Below are positions 56,450-64,000 of a stretch of DNA of 64,000 bases, piece after piece (position 1 is the stretch's first letter; the number at the start of each line of letters is the position of its first letter). Origin of the DNA: Planctomycetota bacterium (lineage in GTDB: Bacteria; Planctomycetota; UBA1135; UBA2386). Made by a program: the position numbers and the translations under genes. The DNA is taken from positions 6,688,001 to 6,752,000 of the forward strand of contig OZ245838.1 in the NCBI GenBank assembly GCA_965228735.1. Reading direction: 5' to 3'. The notes under the pieces were generated by a model. The model made no database searches. It was not told where the DNA came from and worked only from the letters and a program-made list of their open reading frames with translations.

Positions 56450-57385
56450 TCAGACCGGTTTGGCCACGACGATGATCTCGTCGCGCGGATTGACGTAGAG
56501 GTTCCAGTTGCGCAGCAGCCCGAGCGGCTTCGCGAGCAGCCCCGGGATGCGGCCGAGCTTGCCGGCGCGTTCGGCGAGGAACGCGAACGAGACGTACTTG
56601 CCCGCATACGAGGCGCCGATGTCCACGGGTTCGAACCCGCAGTCGCGCAGCAGCCGCGAGATCGTCGCGGGCGTGAAGTGGAACAGGTGCTCGTGGTGCT
56701 TGTAGTGGTGCCAGCGCCTGCCGAGCAGCCGGGCCCAGCGCGAGGCGACGTTCTGCGTCTCGAGCAGCAGGTGGCCGTCCGGTTTGACGAGCTCGCGCAG
56801 CTTGTGCAGCACGGACTGCGGCTCCGGCACGTGCTCGATCACGTCCCACAGCGTCACGAGGTCGAACGAGCCGGGCTCGTAGTTCATCGCGGTCACCGCG
56901 TCGTCGAGCGTGCCGACGTGGATGCGGTCCTCGCCGAGCGCCGCCGTGGCCTCCTTGGCGATCGCCTCGGACAGCTCGACGCCGTGCACGTCGTGGCCGC
57001 GCTCGTGCATCACGCGCAGGAAGTAGCCGGCCGCGCAGCCGACGTCGAGGATGCGCGAGCCCGGCCGCAGCCAGCGGTCGACGAGCGCCGTGCGCTTCTG
57101 GAACGTCTTGAGGTAGAGCGCCGATTCGCTGGCGTAGTCGGCGTAGCCGCGCTCCTTCGGGTTCTGGCTCTTCCAGTAGCCTTCGTCGTAGACCGCGACG
57201 AGGTCGTCGCCGACGAGCCGCGGCGTGACGTAGACGAGGCCGCAGTCCTTGCAGGTGACGACCAGAAACGGCGGTTCGGCGAACTTGAGTTCGCGCTCGG
57301 CGCTGCCGCAGACCTGGCAGCGGTCGATCGACTCCGCGTTCTGCAGGGCCTGGCTCGGTGGCGGTGCGGTCTTGGGCGACTGCAT
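56450..57385 (-). CDS. Class I SAM-dependent methyltransferase with N-terminal Zn-binding region
   Basis: CQVC...CKDC, LDVGCAAG and WDVIEH motifs. Confidence 0.9.
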   Translation of the reverse strand: MQSPKTAPPPSQALQNAESIDRCQVCGSAERELKFAEPPFLVVTCKDCGLVYVTPRLVGDDLVAVYDEGYWKSQNPKERGYADYASESALYLKTFQKRTALVDRWLRPGSRILDVGCAAGYFLRVMHERGHDVHGVELSEAIAKEATAALGEDRIHVGTLDDAVTAMNYEPGSFDLVTLWDVIEHVPEPQSVLHKLRELVKPDGHLLLETQNVASRWARLLGRRWHHYKHHEHLFHFTPATISRLLRDCGFEPVDIGASYAGKYVSFAFLAERAGKLGRIPGLLAKPLGLLRNWNLYVNPRDEIIVVAKPV

Positions 57386-58147
57386 CTACTCGGCCTCCGC
57401 CGCGAGGTGGTCCTTCGGGATCTTCGCGCCGCGTTCGAGGAAGCGCTTGCGGCAGATCGTCCGGAACATCATCAGGGCCGTCTTGGCCTGCCGCATGAAC
57501 GTGTCGCTGTGCTTGCTCTCGCCGCCGACGCGCGGCGAGTAGGTGACGGGGATCTCGATGACGCGGCAGCGCTCCTGCAGCGCGGCGCACATCATCTCGG
57601 GCGAGAATGCCGGGCCGGGTTCTCGGAGGCGCGGCGCGATCTTCTCGAAGGTCGTCCGCGTCAGCGCCCGGTAGGTGCAGCCGACGTCGGTGAACCGCGG
57701 TTCGGCCGGCCGCAGCCAGCATAGTTGCAGGAACTTCGCCATGAACACGTTCCCCCAGCGCAGGAACGAGCGCATGTTGGCGCCCTGCTCGACCATCTGG
57801 CGGGTCGTCCGGGTGCCCATGACCATGTCCGCGTCGTCGAGGTAGCAGAGCATCTTCTCGACGTCGCGCGCACGGAAGCTGCCGTCGGCCTCGACGAGAA
57901 CGAAGATGTCGCCCTTGGCAGCGCGCATTCCGGCCATCAGCGCCGAGCCGTAACCGGGCGTCTCCTCGCTCACGACGCGCGCGCCCTCGGCGGCGGCGAT
58001 CTCGGCGGTCCGGTCGCGGCAGTTGTTGTCCACGACGACGATCTCGTCGAGGTGGGGCTGGCCGCGGAATTCCTCGACCACGCGCCCGATCGTCTCCTCC
58101 TCGTTGTAGGCGGGGATGACGAGTGAAACGGAGCGGTTCCGGAACAT
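57386..58147 (-). CDS. GT2, polyprenyl-phosphate glycosyltransferase (DPM-synthase-like)
   Basis: VIPAYNEE, VVDNN, GYGSA, EADG and TDVGCTYR motifs. Confidence 0.88.
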   Translation of the reverse strand: MFRNRSVSLVIPAYNEEETIGRVVEEFRGQPHLDEIVVVDNNCRDRTAEIAAAEGARVVSEETPGYGSALMAGMRAAKGDIFVLVEADGSFRARDVEKMLCYLDDADMVMGTRTTRQMVEQGANMRSFLRWGNVFMAKFLQLCWLRPAEPRFTDVGCTYRALTRTTFEKIAPRLREPGPAFSPEMMCAALQERCRVIEIPVTYSPRVGGESKHSDTFMRQAKTALMMFRTICRKRFLERGAKIPKDHLAAEAE

Positions 58148-58321
58148 CGGGTGCAGAAGGATAGCCCCGGCTGGCGCGGGCGCCACGGCGGGCCTGAACC
58201 TCGCCCCGCCGTTTCCGTTTGGCCCTAGCGGAGGCCGGTTTATCGTTCTCGTACTGATCCGTTTCCCCGGGGCCTCCCTGACCCCGGACCGAGCTCACGG
58301 ACCCCGACCCCCGACTGCAGA

Positions 58322-60127
58322 ATGCACTTCATTCGCGCCGCGGCCAGCCTGCTGGCCGTCTCCTTCGTTCTTCCCGCCCCGGCCTCGGCGACCGCCACGG
58401 CTTCGGCGTATGCCCAGGCCGACGCCAGCGCGCCCGGTCAGAAGACCGCCCAGAAGGCCGTGCGGAAGACCGGCACGATCTTCAAGTACGACGTCGACGA
58501 CCTCGTCCGCGCGGTGCGCAACGCCGCGGTGGACGGCGTGCTCGGCACGGACGTCGAACACACGGCCAAGGTGCTGGCCGCGATGGGCCACTGCCATCGC
58601 CGCTACCACCGCGGTGACGGCCCCGTCGTCCGGCCCTCGATCGAGTATCTGATCCGGCACCGCCAGGCCGACGGCAGCTTCGGCGACGTCGCGGCGACCG
58701 GGTGGGCGATCGAGGCGCTGAAGGTGATGGACGGCGCCGCGTTCCCCGAGGAGATCGCGCAGGCCGAGAAGTGGCTCGAGCGGAACGCCGATGCCCGGCC
58801 CTCGACGTTCGCCGACCTCGTCGATCGCGTGATCGGCAAGGTCCGCGCGGACGTGTTCCCGCAGCACCTCGGCCAGGACTGGGTCAAGCTCGCGAAGATG
58901 CACGTCGAGCAGGGTGCCGCCATGGATCGCGATGCGGCCGCGGACACTCTCGCGGCGCTCGCGGCGATGCAGACGGCCAACCGGCGCCTCGACTCGTTGC
59001 AGGACCCGAAGGCGGGCGGCAAGAACGTGTTCACCAAGTCGCAGCAGCAGGCGTTCGACTGGTTGCTGACGCAGCACGAGGACGGCGTCGTCTACATCGA
59101 CTACCAGGGGCAGAAGGTGCCGGAGCCCGGGCTCACGGGGTTCTTCCTGCTCGCGCTGCAGACCAAGCCCGAGGGCATGCGGACCGGTGCGGAGCAGAAG
59201 ATCATCGATCAGGGCGTGAAGTGGCTGCTCACGCAGCAGAACGAGGACGGCACGTTCGGGCGCCAGGTGCCCAACTACACGACGTGCGTCGCGGTCGCCG
59301 CGCTCACGCGGGTCTCTGACCCGAGCCTCGCGCCCGTGCTCGAGAAGGCGCAGAAGTCGATCCTCGCGTTCCAGAACATCGAGGCGACGGGCTATCGCGA
59401 GAGCGATCGCGACTACGGCTCGATCGGCTACGGCAACAGCCAGCGCGGCGATCTGAGCAACCTGCACTTCTCGCTGCAGGCGCTCAAGGAGACCGGCCTC
59501 GACGAGAACCACGAGGCGTTCAGCAAGGCGGTGATCTTCCTGCAGCGCACGCAGAACCTGAAGTCGCACAACGATTTCTCCGGCCGCGTTCCGGACCCCG
59601 AGGACGAGGGCAAGATGATCGACGCGATCCCGGGCGACGACGGCGGCGCCGTCTACTACCCGGGCAACAGCAACGCGGGCTACATCGTGCAGCCCGACGG
59701 CAAGGCGATCGCGCGCAGCTACGGCTCGATGACCTACGCGCTGCTCAAGGCCTACATCCTCGCGGGGCTGCCGGCCGGTGACGCGCGCGTGCAGGCCGCG
59801 GTGAAGTGGATCCAGCAGAACTGGGACCTCGCGACGAACCCGGGCGCGGACCCGGCGCTCGGGGAGAAGGTCAAGTTCCAGGGGTTGTTCTACTACTACA
59901 TGGTCCTCGCGCAGGCGCTCGACCTCGCGGGCGTGAAGCACGTCGAGATCCCGGTCGACGGCGGCAAGAACGAGAAGGTCGACTGGCGCGGCGCGCTGAA
60001 GAAGCAGCTCGAGGGCATGCAGCAGCCGAGCGGCGCGTGGGTCAACGGCAAGAACGGCCGCTGGATGGAGAGCCTCGAGCTGCTCTGCACCTGCTACGCG
60101 ATGGTCGCGCTCGAGCGCTGCAACTGA
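58322..60127 (+). CDS. Exported prenyltransferase/squalene-cyclase-repeat (QW alpha-barrel) protein
   Basis: Signal peptide; repeated L..Q..DG.F/W motifs; GDLSN and YGSMT motifs. Confidence 0.8.
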   Translation: MHFIRAAASLLAVSFVLPAPASATATASAYAQADASAPGQKTAQKAVRKTGTIFKYDVDDLVRAVRNAAVDGVLGTDVEHTAKVLAAMGHCHRRYHRGDGPVVRPSIEYLIRHRQADGSFGDVAATGWAIEALKVMDGAAFPEEIAQAEKWLERNADARPSTFADLVDRVIGKVRADVFPQHLGQDWVKLAKMHVEQGAAMDRDAAADTLAALAAMQTANRRLDSLQDPKAGGKNVFTKSQQQAFDWLLTQHEDGVVYIDYQGQKVPEPGLTGFFLLALQTKPEGMRTGAEQKIIDQGVKWLLTQQNEDGTFGRQVPNYTTCVAVAALTRVSDPSLAPVLEKAQKSILAFQNIEATGYRESDRDYGSIGYGNSQRGDLSNLHFSLQALKETGLDENHEAFSKAVIFLQRTQNLKSHNDFSGRVPDPEDEGKMIDAIPGDDGGAVYYPGNSNAGYIVQPDGKAIARSYGSMTYALLKAYILAGLPAGDARVQAAVKWIQQNWDLATNPGADPALGEKVKFQGLFYYYMVLAQALDLAGVKHVEIPVDGGKNEKVDWRGALKKQLEGMQQPSGAWVNGKNGRWMESLELLCTCYAMVALERCN

Positions 60128-60134
60128 GCCCGCG

Positions 60135-61067
60135 ATGACCGCGGCAGGATCCGACTCCGAACTCGTGCTGCCGGCCGCGCCGGCCTGGTTCCGGTTCCTG
60201 CCGGAGACCGGCGGCTCACCGCGCCTCGGCATCGTCGAGCCAACCGCTGCCGGTGGGCCGCGCTACGTCGACCTCGGTCCCGTCGATCCGCATGCCCTGT
60301 TGATCGCCGGCGGCCTCACGGCCGCGGACCTGCAGGTGCGCGCGGCGGGCGGCGCGCCGGTCGCCGCGGACATCATCGCGCGCGCCCGGTTGCTGCAGCC
60401 GCTGCCGCGACCTGGCAAGGTCCTCTGCCTCGCGAAGAACTACGTGGCGCACGCGCGCGAGTTCGGCGCCGAAGCGCCGCCCGAACCGATCTTCTTCAAC
60501 AAGCTGCCGGACTCGCTCTGCGGGCCCGGTGATCCCGTCGTGATCCCGCACTGGCTCGACACGCGCGTCGACCACGAGGCCGAGCTCGCGCTCGTGCTCG
60601 GTTTCGACGACCCGGAGCAGCGCGGTCGGAAGGACGTGGCGGCAGGCGAGGCGCTCGCGCTCGTCGCCGGCTACACGCCGCTCAACGACGTGACCGCGCG
60701 CAAGCTGCAGGGGCAGGACCGCGAGCAGAGGTATCCGTGGCTGCGCGCCAAAGCGCTCGACACGTTCTGCCCGTTCGGCCCGTTCGTCGTGCCGCGTGAG
60801 TCGATCGACGGCAGTGACCTGCAGGTCACGATGCGGGTGAACGGCGAGGTCCGGCAGAGCGCGCGGACGAGCGCGATGGTGTTCTCGATCGAGCAGGCGC
60901 TCGTGGCGATGTCACGCGTGACGACGCTGCGTTCGGGGGACCTCATCGCGATGGGAACGCCCGAGGGTGTGTCCGCGGTGCACGAAGGCGACGTCATGGA
61001 GGTCGAGGTCGAGGGGCTCGGCGTCCTGCGCAACCCGGTCCGAAAGGGCGAGCCGCCCGCGTCGTGA
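60135..61067 (+). CDS. Fumarylacetoacetate hydrolase family protein
   Basis: KNYVAH, DHEAEL, NDVTAR, KALDTFCPFGP and GTPEGV motifs. Confidence 0.9.
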   Translation: MTAAGSDSELVLPAAPAWFRFLPETGGSPRLGIVEPTAAGGPRYVDLGPVDPHALLIAGGLTAADLQVRAAGGAPVAADIIARARLLQPLPRPGKVLCLAKNYVAHAREFGAEAPPEPIFFNKLPDSLCGPGDPVVIPHWLDTRVDHEAELALVLGFDDPEQRGRKDVAAGEALALVAGYTPLNDVTARKLQGQDREQRYPWLRAKALDTFCPFGPFVVPRESIDGSDLQVTMRVNGEVRQSARTSAMVFSIEQALVAMSRVTTLRSGDLIAMGTPEGVSAVHEGDVMEVEVEGLGVLRNPVRKGEPPAS

Positions 61068-62428
61068 CGACAGCCCCGGAGCGACCGCCCCGGCGCGACC
61101 TCGCCCTGCTCGGTCTGTGCGCCGGCGCGGCCGTGATCTGGGTGTTCGTGCTCGCCTGGCATCGCCCCGTGCCGTCGGAGGACGGCGTCTCGTACCTGTG
61201 GATGGCGCAGCGATTCGCGGCCGGCGACTGGGCGGGCGCGACTTCGACGGTCTTTCCGCCGGGCTTCCCGCTGCTCGTCGGTTTCGTCGTGCGGTGCGGA
61301 CTCGAGCTCGAATGCGCCGCCAACGTCGTGAACGCCGCCGCGTTCGGTCTGACGATCGCGCCGCTCGCCGCGATCGCGCGCCGGTTGGCACCGACTCCGA
61401 GCGATCACCAGATCGGCTGGCTCACGGGCCTACTCTTCTTGTCGGGCTCGCTGCTCGCGCGCGTCGCGGCCGAGGTCTACAGCGAGCCGGTGTTCCTGCT
61501 GCTCATGGCGCTCGGCACGGCCGCCGGGCTGCGCGGCGGTCGGTTCTCGCACGCGGTCGGCATCGCTGCCGGCATCGCGTTCTGGTGCCGGCCCGAGGGC
61601 GTGCTGCTCGCGTTGTCGTTCGCGCTCAGCAAGCCGAAGACGATGTGGCCGGCGCTCGTCTGGGCGCTCGCGTTCGTGCTGCTGCTCGGCTGGGCGCGGC
61701 AGGCGTGCGGCCACGGCTTCGACCCGCTGCCGATCCTCGCGTTCCACGAACTGCGCGACGATCTGCCGCAACGCGGCCATGTGTTCGGCAACCTGCTCGC
61801 GGTGCCCGGCGCGTTCCTCGAGGCCTTCGGGCCCGTCGCGCTGCTGCCCGTGCTCCTGCTGTGGCCGCGCTTACGCTCTGGGATCACGCGCGGCCCGGCG
61901 TTGCCGCTGCTCTGGCAGATCGCGCTGCAGACCGGCGCGATCCTCACGTTCGTCGTCCGGCGGCGCTTCTTCCTCTCGGCGGCCGTCCCCGTGATCGCGC
62001 TGGCCGGAGCGGCGGCGGCGCGCCTGCCGCGGCCCTGGCGCGCGCTCGTCGTCGCCGGCTGCGTCGTGTTTGGCGGCATCGGCGCGTGGAACGGGCGGAT
62101 CGATCCCGATCGCATCGCCGAACGGGAGGTGGGGGAGTTTCTCGCCGGTCGGCTGCGGCCCGGCGAGCGCGTGACGGGCGATCTGCCGCGCGTCGTGTGG
62201 TTCGCCGGCATGCGGCCGCCGCCGCCGCGCCACTTCGACACGGCGCAGCTCTTCGCGATGGCGGCCGCGGAGGACGTGCGCTACTTCGTGTTCAGCGAAC
62301 GCAGTCAGCGCAGTTCGTCGCAGACGATCGAAGCCGAGCTCGCCGGCTTGTTCGGGCGCTTCCCGTTGCCCGACGCACTCGCGTCACGCGCCCGCGAGCG
62401 CGGCATCGTCGTGCTCGCCCGGCGTTGA
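61064..62428 (+). CDS. Multi-pass membrane protein, GT-C (ArnT/PMT-like) glycosyltransferase candidate
   Basis: EDGVSYLWMA, PPGFP, YSEP and RPEG motifs with many TM helices. Confidence 0.65.
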   Translation: MTTAPERPPRRDLALLGLCAGAAVIWVFVLAWHRPVPSEDGVSYLWMAQRFAAGDWAGATSTVFPPGFPLLVGFVVRCGLELECAANVVNAAAFGLTIAPLAAIARRLAPTPSDHQIGWLTGLLFLSGSLLARVAAEVYSEPVFLLLMALGTAAGLRGGRFSHAVGIAAGIAFWCRPEGVLLALSFALSKPKTMWPALVWALAFVLLLGWARQACGHGFDPLPILAFHELRDDLPQRGHVFGNLLAVPGAFLEAFGPVALLPVLLLWPRLRSGITRGPALPLLWQIALQTGAILTFVVRRRFFLSAAVPVIALAGAAAARLPRPWRALVVAGCVVFGGIGAWNGRIDPDRIAEREVGEFLAGRLRPGERVTGDLPRVVWFAGMRPPPPRHFDTAQLFAMAAAEDVRYFVFSERSQRSSSQTIEAELAGLFGRFPLPDALASRARERGIVVLARR

Positions 62429-63718
62429 CGCGGCGAGGCCGAAGCCGAGCGCGATCAGCAGCAGGACGATGTCCCAGGCCGTCACGACGTAGATGCTGTT
62501 GAACCACTCGGCGACATCGTCACCGATCAGGTCGCCGCCGAGGAACCCGACGGTGGCTGCCCAGCAGAGCAGCAGGACAGCGAGCCACCAGGCGCGCCGC
62601 CACAGCACGGCCTGCAGCATGAGGACGAACGCGGGCAGCAACGCGACGTGGTGCGCCTTCCAGCTCAACGGGCTCAGCAGCACGGACAGGACGAGCGCGG
62701 CGGCGAACGCCCAGCCGCGAGCCGCCGCGGCCCGGCGGCGGACGTGACCGACGATCAGCACGAGCCCGAGCAGCGCGAGGCCGGTGCCCTTCGCGATCCA
62801 GCCGACGGTCGCGGCATCGAGCCCGAGGCCGGGCCGCACGCCCCCCGGCACCCTGGCCGCGAACTCCGGCGGCACGTCCCCGAACCAGCGCGCGATGCCG
62901 AAGCGCAGCGACTGGTTCATCCACTCGAACGGCGGGAACTCGAGCGCCGGGTCCGCCCACGGGTCGCGCTGCGTCGCGAGCGCCCAGCTGCCCTCGACCC
63001 ACCGCAGCCACGGTCCGATCTCGAGCCGCTGCAGCGCCGCGGTGAGCAGGACGCAGAGCGCGCCCGAAGCGAGGGTCCAGAGGACGGTGCGGTGGTGCCC
63101 GAGCGCGAGCAGCACGGGCAGCAGCCAGACCTGCGTCGGCTTGGTCGCGAGCGAGAACCCGAGCAGCGCGCCGGCCGTCACAGCTCGACCGCGCTCGGCC
63201 ATCGCGAACGCGATCAGACACATCCCGACGTTGATCAGGTTGCCGCCGCCGCCGTGCATGTCGCGGAAGATGAACCGCGCGCCGAGCACGAACGTGAGCA
63301 GCCACAGCACGTGCCAGGCGTTCTCGGAGCGCGGCGGCGCGCGGCCCGCGGTCAGCCGCCGGATGAAGTACGCGGCCAGAGCGACCATGAGCACCTGGAG
63401 GATGGCCCAGGCGCAGCGCGCGGCGCGATCGCCGAGCGTGTCCGCGATCACGGCGAACGGGATCGTCAGCAGGCCGTAGGACGGTGGATACGGCGCGTGC
63501 AGCGGGCGGATCGGCGCGTCCGGATCCGACTTCCACGGCCCGTAGACGTCGTCCCCGGCGAGCAGGCGGCGGCCGAACTCGAGGTGATCGAGGATCACCC
63601 CGCGGGTCGACGGCCGCGTCGTCGCGCGGGCGACGAGGAACACGGCGAGCGCGAGCCACAGCGTGGCCCAGAGGACGCGGGCCGGAGAACGCCTGGGATC
63701 GGAAGCAGTCTCCGGCAC
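62384..63718 (-). CDS. GT87 / DUF2029 membrane glycosyltransferase
   Basis: PYPP, ATKP, NQSL and SPLSWKAH motifs. Confidence 0.8.
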   Translation of the reverse strand: MPETASDPRRSPARVLWATLWLALAVFLVARATTRPSTRGVILDHLEFGRRLLAGDDVYGPWKSDPDAPIRPLHAPYPPSYGLLTIPFAVIADTLGDRAARCAWAILQVLMVALAAYFIRRLTAGRAPPRSENAWHVLWLLTFVLGARFIFRDMHGGGGNLINVGMCLIAFAMAERGRAVTAGALLGFSLATKPTQVWLLPVLLALGHHRTVLWTLASGALCVLLTAALQRLEIGPWLRWVEGSWALATQRDPWADPALEFPPFEWMNQSLRFGIARWFGDVPPEFAARVPGGVRPGLGLDAATVGWIAKGTGLALLGLVLIVGHVRRRAAAARGWAFAAALVLSVLLSPLSWKAHHVALLPAFVLMLQAVLWRRAWWLAVLLLCWAATVGFLGGDLIGDDVAEWFNSIYVVTAWDIVLLLIALGFGLAASTPGEHDDAALAGA

Positions 63719-63722
63719 CGAA

Positions 63723-64000
63723 TCAGAAGCGCAGCGTCTCGATCGTCGGGGTCGTCGTCGTCGCGTCCTGGCCGCCGAAGAGGATCAACGTGCCGTCGGG
63801 CATCACGGAGGCCGCATGGCCCGAGCGCGGCGCCGTGAGCGCCGGGGCCGCGGCCCAGGTGTTGGTCGTCGGATCGAAGATCTCGACGTCTGCGATCGAC
63901 GTCGGCGCGGTCAGCGTGCCCTGGGCGCCGCCGCACACCGCGACGTTGCCGTTCGGCAGCAGGCTGGCCGAGTGCAGGCCGCGCGCCGTGCTCATGTTGA
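63723..64000 (-). CDS. Kelch-repeat protein, C-terminal part (5'-partial)
   Basis: MSTARGLHSASLLPNGNVAVCGG and PRSGHAASVMPDGTLILFGG repeats. Confidence 0.85.
   Translation of the reverse strand, partial: NMSTARGLHSASLLPNGNVAVCGGAQGTLTAPTSIADVEIFDPTTNTWAAAPALTAPRSGHAASVMPDGTLILFGGQDATTTTPTIETLRF

Noticed and set aside
58322..60127. Squalene-hopene cyclase
   Set aside because: It has QW-like repeats but no DXDD motif, and it carries a signal peptide.

Overview
A high-GC bacterial chromosome segment (roughly 70% GC by eye), most likely Planctomycetota given the DUF1549/DUF1553 + DUF1501 pair and many exported TPR, kelch and prenyltransferase-fold proteins. It is mostly core and envelope genes: hldE, two glycosyltransferase/methyltransferase clusters, coaE plus a divergent rho, tatC-cinA, a Ser/Thr kinase-lipoprotein-PP2C-pilC-histidine kinase block, and rpsB-tsf-pyrH-frr-tRNA-Lys. 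Three things stand out. (1) A hidden minus-strand gene (5395-6438) is split by two in-frame TGA codons that sit exactly at catalytic Cys positions (VPG-U-KTC thioredoxin motif and U-FWVGE MsrA motif), suggesting an exported double-selenocysteine Trx-MsrA fusion. (2) A RAYT/Y1 HUH transposase (27991-29019) comes with a family of GGTACCGTACG-core REP/REPIN palindromes spread through intergenic regions. (3) A complete group II intron (53574-55565) is inserted in the loop of a REP-like palindrome. Its EBS1/EBS2 are exactly complementary to that repeat, and two further unoccupied target sites occur in the window, one directly beside the RAYT gene. All family assignments are from motif recognition by eye; no searches were run, and several start codons are my estimates.
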